A stretch of DNA of 64,000 nucleotides. Origin: Vicugna vicugna. Taxonomy: Eukaryota. The stretch covers positions 1,823,696 through 1,887,695 of the forward strand of contig MU058540.1 of assembly GCA_013265495.1 (NCBI GenBank), read 5' to 3'. The notes beneath the pieces were generated by a model. That model was not told the origin of the DNA. It searched no databases and saw nothing but the letters and a program-made list of their open reading frames with translations. A program made the translations under genes and the position numbers. Of this stretch, positions 1 through 12,278 are shown in pieces. The first letter of the stretch is position 1. Every line of letters begins with the position of its first letter.

Positions 1-2139
1 AAAAATGAGTTAAACATTTAGAACAGTAAAATAATAACACCAATAACTAAAAAAAAAAATTCATTATTTATCTGAAGTTCAGATTTACCTGAAATTCAGA
101 TTCTCAAATTGGGCATGGAGTCAGAACAGAGTGTTGTTGAAGAGCAGGGCCTTCTGGCCAGGGACACTCACTGTCATGACAGGCTTCTTCTTTCTGGCCA
201 CAATTCTCAGGCATGCCAGATGGCATGCATGTCTTTTTTGGACAGCACTGGGCAAACACTGCCTCATTCCTACTCTTTATTTTTCCTTTTCTGGATTCTG
301 TGAGTGCCACCATCCACATGACTGCACTGTCATTGAAACATTGCCTTCCTTCATTTCAACATGTTGTCAAAATGTATTTCAGGTCCCAAGATTACAGATT
401 AATTGTTTGTTGATTTCATTTTAAATTGTCTGCTTCCTGATGACGACAGAGGCCCCTTAATCTCGTCAATAAGCTCTTTCCATGTGACAGTGTTTGGATC
501 TGACTGGCTTCGTTTTCTTAAGAATGGAACTTCTCTAGAATACTTTTGAAGCCTGAAACCTGCTGTTCGCAGACTTCCCATCACGGGTCTTGCCCCTTTG
601 ATGCAATCTCAGTGGGATGGAAGAACTCAGGAGTTGTAGATAGGGCTGTGTTTACTCTATGGACCCAGTTATTTCCCATGCCTCAGTCTTCTGTTGCGAA
701 TTAATGGTTGAATGAATGAATAAAAAACAAGTGGCCACATTTGGCCTGAGAAAGCCACATTCTTTTCTCATGTCTTCCCTTCTTATATCTAGATCTCTTT
801 GCCTCCCTCATCTCCCCATTTATATCGTTCTCTCATCACTCTTCCTGGCTCTGTTCTCTGCCTCCTCCACAGTGCTGCTGTGGGTGCTTACATGTGGGCA
901 CACACACACTCACACACAACAGATTTCACACTGCTGAGAAGAGAGCTGGCCTTCAGGAACCAGAGCCACACTGTCCTGAAAGGCATCACTTGCTGTGAGC
1001 TCCTCTGAAGCTCTCGAGCAGGGCACTTTCATCTGTCAGCAGGCTCTCTGTCTGGGCCCAGTTTAGCCAGCAGGAAGCCCTAAAACTTTATGAGACTTAG
1101 TCTATAATTAGGGTAAGCATAAAATGTGTTATTCAAAGCTGAAACTTTTGAGAGTGAAACAGCAAGCCATGGATAAATATACTGGGACTGTTCTAGGCAA
1201 ACAGGAACCTATGGTACCTCTACAGTGGGTACAAGGGCCCCATCAGTCAGCTCTTCTCCTTGCTGCCTCTGCTTGTTGTCATCTCTGGTTGTTAGAGGAA
1301 ATTCTAGGTTGAAATTTTTTCCCGAATAACTCTTCTCAACATCTTGTTTCCTACCCTGAAGCAATAACCGCTCTGCTACCTGCTGATACTTTCAGAACCC
1401 CAGGTACTGGTGCCCTTGCTAGGACAGGTAAAGTGTTAAAAGGCAGGGTAGCCTACTGCTTGCCAGGTGGGAGGGAAGTTGGGAAGTTACTCTCCCCTCA
1501 TGTCAGCTGCCTTTCTCTCCGACTTCTTACCTTTGTCTCCACCTTACCTGCTGTTGGCCGGGTTGTAGAACTGTTAGTTACTGACCCAAGAAGACTCAGT
1601 TTGGGAATTCTGAGGAGGGAGACATCAGCAGAGAGATGAGCCAGAAACAGCTGTCTTGTCCTTTTCCCACATCATAAGAGCTCAAATTCCTAAACCTGAA
1701 ACTTGTAAAGAAAGGAACAAACCACTTGTCATTAACTCTTCAGTCTCCCTTTTCTTCTTCCCTTTCTCATTTCCTTTACCCCTTCTCCCTCTCAAACTCA
1801 CTGAACATAGGGAGAGTCCTCTCTAATTATGATTCTAAATTGAAGAGCCTTTTGCTCTCAGAAGTGCTTTCCAGTAAGGATTTGAGATAAAGGAAGGATA
1901 ATATCTTAGAAACTCTTAGGAACCTGGAAACTTAATAATTTTAATACTGCTTGTTGTGTTGCCTTAGATGAGTCAATTGTTTTGCTAGAAAATTAGAATG
2001 AAAATGTCAGGGATCAGTGAAGGAAGCATTACCCAACAGTGGCAGTGGAACAAGATCTAGATGGACATGTCGCATTCAACAGCTCCTTGTTGCTCTACTT
2101 TGTTTCTTCTAAAATGCTGATTGGGCTTATTACAGTAAA

Positions 2140-2390
2140 CGCTAGGATTTATTGAGGGTTGACCACATACCTGGCACTGTTTTATATTCATAAACTCACT
2201 TAACCCTCACAGCAACCCTGTGAAGAAGAAACCATGTTTAATCCTCATTTTAAGAAGAGGAAACTGAGGCACAGTGAGGTTAAATAAGCATCCGAGATCA
2301 CACAGCTAGTAAGAGGTAGAGCTGAAATTCAAACCCAGGAGGCTGGACTGTTGCCAGAGCCCATTGCTTTTAACCTCTAAGCTCTGCTGC
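2140..2390 (-). mobile_element. MIR SINE
   Basis: Core 'cattttaagaagaggaaactgaggcacagtgaggttaaat...atcacacagctagtaag'. Confidence 0.75.
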
Positions 2391-2828
2391 CTTATCAGAG
2401 GGTCTGGGTTTTAGCATACTGCTACAGGGAGATGAGGAAATGTATTTTGATTTAGTTTGAGCCATATCTGAATTTTGACCCACTGGGGACTTTCCAGGTT
2501 TCAGGGCATCCTTTTTCACCATTTTGGTCAATCTCAGCAACTTAGTGCTAGGTTGGAAGTCCCCACTTTGCCAGATGTGGGTGAAATAATAAATAAAGTT
2601 GTGTCTCTTGCGAGTGACAGGAAGGGAGTCTGTTGGGAGCCATAAGGTTCCTCATGACAGGATGTTTTTACCCCTAGTACCTCTGAGGCCCTGACCTGGG
2701 AGGCAGGGAGGGAGGTAGCATGGAATGTCACACAGACTGAGCCTCAAACAGGCCTCTGCTAAAACAGGCAGGTGTCCCTCAGCCCTCTTCTGGGCCTGGC
2801 CCGCTTCTCTCCATTTCTACCTCCACAG

Positions 2829-2909
2829 GAGAGAAGCTTCTAGAAGGGCAAGTGATCCAGCTCGAAGACGGGACCACTGCATATATTCACCAAGTGACAG
2901 TGCAGAAAG
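2829..2909 (+). CDS. ZNF76: ZNF76 first coding exon in window (ATG exon upstream); (G)EKLLEGQVIQLEDGTTAYIHQVTVQK
   Basis: cag|GA...AAAG|gtgagg, 81 nt, phase 1-1; ZNF143/ZNF76-type QLEDGTTAYI repeat. Confidence 0.95.
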
Positions 2910-3022
2910 GTGAGGGCATCCTGAGACACCCCTGCCTTGTGAGGTAGGCTGGGCAGTCCCCACTGAAGGACCCCTCCCTGACATCGAACTCCAGAGAAAG
3001 GCGGACATTGCTCTCATTACAG

Positions 3023-3100
3023 AACCTCTTTCGTTTGAGGATGGACAACCTGTGCAGCTGGAAGATGGCAGCATGGCCTACATACACCGCACACCCAAAG
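3023..3100 (+). CDS. ZNF76: ZNF76 coding exon; (E)PLSFEDGQPVQLEDGSMAYIHRTPK
   Basis: tacag|AA...AAAG|gtgggt, 78 nt, phase 1-1; frame continues. Confidence 0.95.
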
Positions 3101-3469
3101 GTGGGTTCATAGTCGTCACAACTGGCGGGAAGGAAGGGAGGCAGAAGTGACAGAGGTTGGGGCATGGAGTTGTGCACCTTGGGAGTTGGGGCATAGACAT
3201 GGGATCTGTGGTCCCCAAGCTCACCTGGATTAGCAGTGTCGCCTGCCTTCCCTGGTGTGGACTGCAGGAGCAGCTGTTTCCTATGCCAGGAGGCTCTGCC
3301 TTGGGAATTAGTAGCATGGGCCTTGATGGCAGCTCTGGCTCCAGCACAGCCACAAAGTCTTAGAGCTTTAAATAAGACCCAACGACACCATCCAAGACCA
3401 GGACTGAAAACTTAATTAACATTTTTTAAGAATGAAGCTTTTAAGGTACTGAAGAATAATGGTTTATTC

Positions 3470-4070
3470 CTATTACAAGTAGTTTCTTGAGCAATAATTG
3501 TGTGCCACGTGTTGTACTAGGTGTGGAGTATACAAGAGAGAACACAGCCAGACATAGTCCCTGCTCTCCTAGAGTCTAGTGGGGAAATAGGCCTCACTAG
3601 GGAACCATCACTGAGGAACTTATTGAAAAAGGGATTCAAGCTCAGGGAGGGCTTCTCTGAGGAAGTGATGCTTGAGCTGAGAGCTGAAGGGTGAAGTGGG
3701 CTTAGCTAGGGGAAGAGCAACTGCAGGAAAGGTTCAGTACTCCAGACAGAAGGAACAGCAGGTGTGGCCCAGAGACCAGGGTGAGGTGGGCAGGGAGAAA
3801 GAATGCACGTTCGAGGAACTACTAGGAGCTAGAGTACTGGGGATGAGGGCAGAGCGGGTAAGAGGAAGCTGAACAGAGAGAGGCGGGGGCCAGAGCGCTG
3901 GGGCTTCAGGATAAAGTTTTGGTCTTTATTCTGAAACCAGTGGGATACGGTTGAACTGTTTAGGTCATCAAGTAACACAGTCACATTTGTGTCCTGCAAA
4001 GATCCCCCTAGATGCTGTGATGCCACCATTTAGGAGGTTCTTCAGGTCATCTAGGCCAGTGATGCTGGTT
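3470..4070 (-). mobile_element. L2 LINE 3' fragment
   Basis: 'tgtgccacgtgttgtactagg...gtccctgctctcctagagtctagtgggg' and purine-rich L2 body. Confidence 0.6.
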
Positions 4071-4307
4071 CCCTCAGGTCCTCAAGGAGCTTGTGGGTTC
4101 CCAATCAGTACTCCATAGGAGACCTCATCCTTAGGAGGGGCAGCCCCAGAAAGAGGGCTAGCCAGAGTGAATCATCAAGGTGAGGGACAAGAAGCCCGAT
4201 ACTGAAATCCTCCTTAGTCTACGTACATCTCGTTACCTTAAAGCCCAGGTCCCAGCCATATCTCTTGCCCTTGTGCAGTGTTTGGGCTAACCTCATGTAC
4301 CCTGCAG

Positions 4308-4507
4308 AGGGCTATGACCCCAGTGCCCTGGAAGCCGTCCAGCTGGAAGATGGCTCCACTGCCTACATTCACCACCCCATGGCTGTGCCATCGGACAGCA
4401 CCATCCTGGCTGTGCAGACGGAGGTGGGCTTGGAGGACCTGGCCACAGAGGATGATGAGGGCTTCAGCGCAGACACTGTGGTGGCCCTGGAGCAGTATGC
4501 CAGCAAG
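4308..4507 (+). CDS. ZNF76: ZNF76 coding exon; (E)GYDPSALEAVQLEDGSTAYIHH...LEQYASK
   Basis: tgcag|AG...AAG|gtgagc, 200 nt; within ORF 4265..4771. Confidence 0.95.
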
Positions 4508-6536
4508 GTGAGCTCAGCTTTCTGGCCCCTGCCAAATCTGCCACTTCTCTGGAGGACAGGGGCAGCCCTGTGCTTGGTCATGGCCCAGGCTACTCCCTTT
4601 GCCCCTCTGCCCTGGCTCCCCCGACTCATCTCTCACACGTCATCGTCTAGGGCGAGCATCCCAGCCTGTCTGGGGCCGCCGACAGCTGTTTACACTTACC
4701 CTTGTTTATGCTGTCTCTGCAGAGGGAAGGCAGCTGTAAGAAACAGTGATATCCAAACTGTGGGAATTTAGGCCCAGCTTCACTTTGTGCTGTCTGAGAA
4801 AGCCCTTGCCAGTGACTTTTATTAGTTTTTCAGTCCACTGAGGTCAGATGTTCGTGTATTTATGTCTTCTCTGCAACTCATTAAGTCATTTGGGAAAATA
4901 ACCTCAGTAGGCAGTGGCCAGGGCAGATTTAACAGAGTAGCTAGGATCGTTGAAACACAAAGCCTGCACAGTAGCTCAGCTGCAAAGGAGAAGAATCTTG
5001 GCTTTCCCAACATCAATCAGTCTAAGCTCTCTCTGCTGGAGCTGTGGTTCTACCCACAGGGGAAATGGGTACAGAGATCTGTGAGCTTTCCAAACCAGGG
5101 TGCTCCCTCCCCAAAATGAACTGCAGAGCCTCAGGGTGTGGCAGGGTTTCCTGCAGCACTTGTTTTACCAAAAGACTGGGGGGAGTTGTTTTTTATAATA
5201 AAACTAGCGTGGCTGGATGATAGACAAGAAGAGGAAATCCTCATGTCTTTTCAAACTGAAGCACAAAACTTCACAGTAGGCCCCTCTGGGCTATGCCTAC
5301 TCCCACCCCAGTTCCCTCAGGTGTATTTAAGTAGCCAAATTTGAGGCTTACTGCTGTTGGAAAGACAACTGGGCTTCAGGTCATGAGCCCTGAGATCTGT
5401 GCTGTCTCTGCCTTTACCTAGTCTGACCTTGGGTAAGTCACGCCCCTCCTAGGCCTTGGCTTATTTCTCTCTCGTATAATGAGATGGGACCAGATGCTTT
5501 CAGAAGTTGCTACCAGCCCTGAATTTCCTTGATTTCCTCGATTACCTCAAGAGTCATGGGAATGCTATCTGAACGTCTGAGTGGGTTAGCCCACCAAGCA
5601 GGCCTGGCCACCTGTGACCATCCATTGCCATCCGCCAGCTGCTTAAATATCCATGAAACTTTGTCAGCTGCTTGACCTCTTGACCTAGAGATGACTAGAC
5701 AGAACTTGCGATGGATTTGTCTTCCCTCCTTTGTCTCCTACTCACCACAACTTCTGGAGTTCTGTTTCAGGAGCTCCTGGGAAGGTCATGGTGTCCCAGA
5801 AACAAAGACTAAGGGACAGTCCCAGCAGGACTTTGCCCAGAAAAGCAGAAGAACAGTAAGGGCTCTCTGAAGCCAGAGGCTGGTGTGAAACGGGTGATTC
5901 CAGCAGGGTTCCCAGAAGAGATGGAAGGGGAGGACTTGTCAGTTAGCTGGGTGCTGTGGTTGGAACTGAGCTTTTGATGGGACCCTCAGGCCCCTGCCCT
6001 GGGCGCTTCTGCAGTTAAATGGTTGTGGCCACCTCACTTCTGGTGAATCCATGTGAGCTCAACCCTACAGTAAGCCTCTTATTTATGCCCTTTCCAACCA
6101 CAGGGAGGAAGGAGTCTCCTCTCACCAGAGGATAGCCATGTCCAGAGTTGCAGCCTCCTAAGTTGGTGGTCAAAAGGGGGATTGCTGGCTCTCAGCCCAG
6201 CTTGAGTGTGGCCATTCAGACCACTCCTCCCCCTCTTTACCTAGCCATCTAGGAAATGCCCTTTCTCCTGTAGCTGTCATAGCCCCTGTGACATTTAGTC
6301 CTCCCTCTGTCCGTTAGGAATGGGTGGTGACTCCACATGCTAGCCTCATTTCTTCTGCATTGTGCCTCAGTGTCTGTTCCCTGTCTGTTTAGATCTGTCA
6401 CCCAGGTTGCCCTTCTCCCTCTGGTAGGTTTAACTCTGCTTATTGGATCTTAAGCTGCCAGCTGGACCCTGTGTCCCACCTCCTCCTGTCTTTCATTGAG
6501 GAGAACACAAAGTGACCCCAAGATTTTTTTCCTCAG

Positions 6537-6653
6537 GTTCTACATGACAGCCAGGCTCCCCATAATGTCAAAGGACAGCAGGTTGGGGACAGGGCATTCC
6601 GCTGTGGCTACAAGGGCTGTGGCCGTCTCTACACCACTGCTCATCACTTAAAG
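6537..6653 (+). CDS. ZNF76: ZNF76 coding exon; [39 protein letters not shown] (start of finger 1)
   Basis: ttttcctcag|GTT...AAG|gtaagg, 117 nt. Confidence 0.95.
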
Positions 6654-6947
6654 GTAAGGTTGCTGTAAAGAGCTTTCAGACTGGAACTGGTCCCTGCCCT
6701 CAAGTTGCCCATTGCCTCCTGGAAGGAAGAGATGATTGTACAGAAATGTCAGCACAGGGGGGCTGTGACCCACATGAAGAATGCAGGACAGAGTATCAGG
6801 GAAGGCTCTCTGGAGGAGGTGGCATCTCAGCTGAAGAGGAAGCAAAATAAAGGAGATGGCCAGTGCTGATACTCTGGGCCCTAAAGAGAACCAAAGTGTC
6901 CATTCACACCTCTGTCCTTCCAATTATGTGATTGCTTGTCCTTACAG

Positions 6948-7023
6948 GTGCATGAGAGAGCTCATACGGGTGACCGTCCATACAGGTGTGATTTCCCCGG
7001 CTGCGGAAAGGCCTTTGCCACAG
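6948..7023 (+). CDS. ZNF76: ZNF76 coding exon; [25 protein letters not shown]
   Basis: ttacag|GTG...ACAG|gtaacc, 76 nt; C2H2 linker. Confidence 0.95.
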
Positions 7024-7545
7024 GTAACCTAATGGAGACCAAGGTAGACTGCTTCCAGTTGAGGGCAAAGGGTTCTAGATTAGCTTTGGCAGCTCCCTGA
7101 AGGGAACCAAGCACCAGGCTGCTTCCCTGGAGTAACTACTGTCAGAGTGCTCTGACTGCAGGGCATTGTCTCAAGGAGTCCCTGTTAACGGAAACAAGAG
7201 GCAGCACGGTCCAGGCCAGCAGGCCTGGGGATTGGTAGAGGGACCTGCCCCTGTGTTGGCGCTGACACCGACCAGTGGAGAGTGTTGGGTGGGCCGCTAA
7301 ATCTCTCTGAGCTTCATTTTCCCCCTGAATTGAGGACCTTTAGCCATAGGTTCTCTGGATTCCCTCTTACGCTGGTCTGGAATGGCACCAGCTGTCCCTG
7401 GAGAAGGAAGGAGAGCAGAGTGGGCTTCTCCAGCCCCTCTTATCTGCCCAGGCAGGGGTAGGATAGAGGCAGACACAGGCTTCTTGTGCCAAAGGAGGTC
7501 TAGAGCCTCACAGAACACACCTCAGATGGAGAGCCTCTGCATTAG

Positions 7546-7818
<273 letters not shown>

Positions 7819-7861
7819 TGACCCCTCCCTGAGTCACCCCTCACACAGCCCATCTCCACAG

Positions 7862-8041
7862 GTGAACGCCCGTTCCGGTGCCCCTTTGAGGGCTGTGGCC
7901 GCTCCTTCACCACGTCTAATATCCGCAAGGTACATGTGCGCACCCACACAGGCGAGCGGCCCTACACCTGCCCCGAGCCCCACTGTGGCCGTGGCTTCAC
8001 CAGCGCCACCAACTACAAGAATCACGTGCGCATCCACACAG
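7862..8041 (+). CDS. ZNF76: ZNF76 coding exon; (G)[59 protein letters not shown]
   Basis: ccacag|GT...ACAG|gtgggc, 180 nt; two complete C2H2 fingers. Confidence 0.95.
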
Positions 8042-8843
8042 GTGGGCCAGCTGGCATGTGAGGACCACCCCCACTGAGGGCTCAACCCCTTCTGCCGTAG
8101 GCTTCTGACCTGAGACATGTTCTCCACACCTAGCCCAGAGCCCTTCCCTACTGGTTGTTCCAGCCTGTGGGCAGGGCTGAATCCCCAGAACCACTCTTTT
8201 ACTTGCAGTGAGCTGTTCCTCCATTTCCAGTTAGGTCCAATCTGACAGGCATTGCCAGCCCTCTCAGCTCCTTGTCACCTCTCTACATCCACCCTGAGTT
8301 CTCCCCCTCCAGCTGAGCTCCCGGGAGTAGGCTAGGGTCAGGCTTGATGGGGAAAAAGCAGAGTGAAGTGTCATCTTCAGCTCCTCACCTCATCCACTGT
8401 CATATGACTCCTGTGTACCTTCCCCCTCCCCAGTGTTACGTTCCTGTTCAGCCTCCTGTGTCACCTCTCAGACGCATATGTCCCCTCACTCTCCCATTGC
8501 GCCTGACACATCAGTCATCCCTCTCTGTCTCCTGCCTCTTCTGTTCATAACCCTCAACCTTACAAGCCCCCAGCACCTCCCACCAGCCCCTTCACTAGCC
8601 TCAGCCTTGCCCCGTCCCCTCATTTTCTCCCCACCTTGTCTCTGGGCTCAAGGGTCCCACACTCACATCCCCTCTGTCTTCCACGGGCTACCTTCCCCAG
8701 CTCTGTCCATTCAGAGTCCCAGATCTCAGTCCCTCTTCCTCCTTCTGGCTCTCCCTTCACCAACCCTGTTCCCCATCCCTGTCCCCTTAGTTTTCCCCTT
8801 GCCAGCCCCAGTTCCCACCACCCTCACAGCCCAGTGTCCCCAG

Positions 8844-9077
8844 GGGAGAAGCCATACGTTTGCACGGTGCCAGGCTGCGGGAAGCGCTTCACCGAGTACT
8901 CAAGCCTGTATAAGCACCACGTGGTACACACACACTGCAAGCCCTACACCTGCAGCACCTGCGGCAAGACCTACCGGCAGACCTCCACCCTGGCCATGCA
9001 CAAGCGCAGCGCCCATGGCGAGTTGGAGGCCACGGAGGAGAGTGAGCAGGCCCTGTATGAGCAACAGCAGCTCGAGG
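8844..9077 (+). CDS. ZNF76: ZNF76 coding exon; (G)[28 protein letters not shown]...EQQQLE (fingers 6-7)
   Basis: ccccag|GG...GAGG|gtgagg, 234 nt; within ORF 8636..9130. Confidence 0.95.
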
Positions 9078-9171
9078 GTGAGGGGTGTGGGCAGGAGGTG
9101 AGGGTGGAGACAAGCCTGGCCTCCCTGTGACCACCTGGTGGCAGGTGTCAGCCTGGGCTCTTCTCTCCCAG

Positions 9172-9335
9172 CCGCCTCTGCAGCTGAGGAGAGCCCGCCA
9201 CCCAAACGACCCCGCATTGCTTACCTGTCGGAGGTGAAAGAAGAAGGTGATGACATCCCAGCCCAAGTGGCTATGGTGACCGAGGAGGAGGGGGCCCCTC
9301 AGGTGGCTCTGATCACTCAGGATGGTGCCCAGCAG
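9172..9335 (+). CDS. ZNF76: ZNF76 coding exon; (A)ASAAEESPPPKRPRIAY...QDGAQQ
   Basis: ctcccag|CC...CAG|gtacag, 164 nt; PKRPR is NLS-like. Confidence 0.93.
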
Positions 9336-10055
9336 GTACAGGCCTTGGGGGTAGGGTGGGGGTGGGTCAGTCTGGCTAGTACCCTCTCCCACTCCCTCTG
9401 GGGAACCCCAAAGTTCTGACAGCCTCATCTCCACCTAGTTTGTCTTTTTTAGTCTTATGGATCGCAGAGAGCTGAGACTGAGGGTACCAAATCTTGTAAT
9501 GCAGGCCCCCATCTTCCTCGTGCATCCACCTCAGTCTCTGGGACTTCTGGAGCACAGTTAGTGGAGTTAGCACAGTTAGTAGTTAGAGGCTGACAGGTCC
9601 TGATCATCTGAATGAGACACTTAGGTTTCCTTCTCAGAGAGGCATGTTGGTATGGGAGCCAGAGCATGGTGTGGGGTCTGGAAGCCTGGGATTTCTAGCT
9701 GGCAGTGTAACCTGATCCTTGTCGGCACGCTCACTGTCCAGTGAGCACCTGTGCCTTTTGGAGTTGACATGAGGATGAAATTAGGTAGAGATCATGAATT
9801 GAATGGAACTGAGCCCTGAAGCAAAGTGATGGTGAATAGAAGTAGTCAGCAGAATTCTTGCAGTGTAACCCCTCTTTGCAGCCTAGGGCCTCTTTTGCTT
9901 GAGTGTCCTGACCCCCTCCACACCTGGGACATGATGCTGATCTTCTAGCTTACCAATAAGCTAAGCTGGTCTGGGAGAGCAGATGTGTCTGCCTAGGGGC
10001 TTTCAGACATCCGTCCCCTGCACTCCCAGATCATCTTCTTCCTTCCTGTTGGCAG

Positions 10056-10220
10056 GTCAGCCTGTCCCCAGAAGACCTGCAGGCCCTGGGGAGTGCCATC
10101 AGTATGGTGACCCAGCATGGGAGCACCACCCTCACCATCCCCAGCCATGAGGATGACCTTGCCACATCTGGCACTCATACAGTCACCATGGTCAGCGCCG
10201 ATGGCACCCAGACGCAGCCC
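10056..10220 (+). CDS. ZNF76: ZNF76 coding exon; VSLSPEDLQALGSAISMV...DGTQTQP
   Basis: ggcag|GTC...CCC|gtatga, 165 nt, phase 0-0. Confidence 0.9.
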
Positions 10221-10785
10221 GTATGACCAGGCGGTTTGCTTGGGGTTTCTTGTTCTCTCATCCTTCCTTTCTGTGGGATGGGCCTTAAAGTGCAGGCTGA
10301 ATTAGTCAAGCCTTCTTATGAGGACCAACATTCCCACATAAAGACATAAAGGGTCTTCCCTACAGCAGTTATGGGCCATCAGTGACTTGCCTTGTTGAAA
10401 AACATTTCACTGGGAGTCAAGAGGCAGTTTCTCAATCTCCCATCTACCCCCAATTTGCTTTGCTACCATAGACAGGTCACTTTTCCATGGACTTTAGACC
10501 ATTTTCAAATGAGGGGGTTAAATTATCTCTGGAGCTTTTTCCAGGTCTGTCCTTCTGTGATTCAAAATTACTAAATTAAATTGGCTGTAAGTTAAAGAAA
10601 AATACAACCTCCCTTAGCTCTGAGCTCCAGGCTAATTAATCTGACCCTAATCTGACCCATAACGGTTTTATGCATTTCCTTCTGGGTTGTTCCCAGCCAC
10701 CTTGCTTGGAGGGATTTTTTTTTTGGATTGGGGATTGGGAGAGTAATGTCTGTGGGTTGGAAAACCTCATTGTTCTGTATTTCAG

Positions 10786-10899
10786 GTCACAATCATTACC
10801 TCTGGGACTGTGGTGGCCGAGGACTCAAGTGTAGCATCCCTTCATCATCAACAGGTGGCATTGTTGGCCACAGCCAGTGGAACTCACATTGCGGTGCAG
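10786..10899 (+). CDS. ZNF76: ZNF76 penultimate exon; VTIITSGTVVAEDSSVASLHHQQVALLATASGTHIAVQ
   Basis: tttcag|GTC...CAG|gtgagt, 114 nt, phase 0-0. Confidence 0.93.
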
Positions 10900-11448
10900 G
10901 TGAGTAGAGAGAGGTCTGCTAGGAGAAAGGAACAAGAAGGGGAGGGGAACTAGATGGCGATCTTGAAGAGAACAGCATTTGGTTCAACAAGAGCCCATTT
11001 CAGAGGACAAATCCCTTTCTGCCTGCATCCACACACCTGTCTCTGGCTCTTTCTTGACTAAGGCAGGTTGGTGAAGCCCCTTCCAACTTTCAGAATAACT
11101 CTGATGGCAATCTACCTGGTACTTTAAGTCCTTTGTTTTTTCATGTCCCTGTTTCTTCACCTGGAATATAAGGAGGCTGAAGTAGATGATTACCAAGGTC
11201 CTCTCGAGCCAGTCATTAAGCAAACTGGTCTTTGCCTCTCGACCATTCCATGGCTCCCTCGCCATGCCTAGCCTAATTCTAGAATTCTGTCAGTGAACTT
11301 CCTGTTTATTGGGGTCCTACTAAGTGCTCAAATATGTGGCACTTAGTGGGTGGAGGAGATTCAGAAAAGTAGGCCACATATACACATATACCTCTGGAAT
11401 CTAGGAGGGAGGGTCTCACTCCTTACTTCTCCACCCCCTTCTCCACAG

Positions 11449-11553
11449 CTGGAAGAGCAGCAGACCTTTGAGGAGGCCATCAGTGTGGCCACTGCTGCCA
11501 TGCAGCAGAGGGCTGTGACCCTGGAGACCACAGAGTCGGAGAGTGGCTGCTGA
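11449..11553 (+). CDS. ZNF76: ZNF76 last coding exon; LEEQQTFEEAISVATAAMQQRAVTLETTESESGC*
   Basis: ccacag|CTG...TGC TGA. In-window exons total 1640 nt; adding a 73-nt ATG exon upstream gives 570 aa, the length I recall for human ZNF76. Confidence 0.95.
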   Translation: MEEQQTFEEAISVATAAMQQRAVTLETTESESGC

Positions 11554-12272
11554 GCCCAAGAGGGCTGGGTCCCACGCTGTGTTGGAGGAGGTGCATCCTT
11601 GCCTCCAACGGCCCAGGGTGTGGCTGACACGTGGAAGGTGGCCACATGGGTCTCTAGGGCAAGACGGTGGCAGAAAAACGGCCTAAAGGGCACAGAGGCC
11701 CTGCCCAAGAGGAGGTCCAAGCAGCTGGAATCGGGGGAGTGTGCCATCCTCAGGAGCTAAGGAGGACAAGCTTAATCACCATGCTGCACTGGGATTCCCT
11801 TCCCCCCAGTATCAGCTGGGCGCCATCTCCTCCCTCTGGAAAACACCCTTCCTGCCCTTGGTCCACTCCCCTTCTCAGGTGGCGATTAGGGCTGCTCTTG
11901 GAACTGGTCCTCCACTCCAACTGGTCAGTGCCCACCAGGGGAGAAGGCAGATAGCTCTTCAGCCCAGTAGGGGCAGTGCAGCGCAGCCCTGCCCCTCCCA
12001 GCAATAACCACCTCCCCGGAGGCCAGCCAAGATGCCTGGCCACTTGGCAGCAGGGACTTCTTGCCACCATAGTCAGAATTGCTCAGGGGCCTATGACTGG
12101 AAAAAAGGTGCCCAGCCCCCCCCAACCCCCAGCTGCTCCCCAACCTCTGGCAGAGAGGCAGGGAGCAACCTTGTACATACTGGGGATTGGGTGTAATTTT
12201 TTTTTTAATTCCATTTTTGATTATTTTTTCCCCTTCTCTGGATGGTGGTGGCAAATGGGTGAATGAGTATTT

Positions 12273-12278
12273 AATAAA
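12273..12278 (+). terminator. ZNF76: ZNF76 polyadenylation signal
   Basis: First AATAAA about 720 nt after the stop, preceded by U-rich sequence. Confidence 0.8.

Noticed and set aside
7526..7537. ATGGAGAGCCTC (MESL), resembling the ZNF76 start
   Set aside because: Lies in an intron among the zinc-finger exons and does not continue as ZNF76; the true ATG exon is upstream of the window
8433..9434. 222-aa (+) and 181-aa (-) ORFs over ZNF76
   Set aside because: Stop-poor C-rich intron plus off-frame or antisense reading of real exons; no independent gene signals
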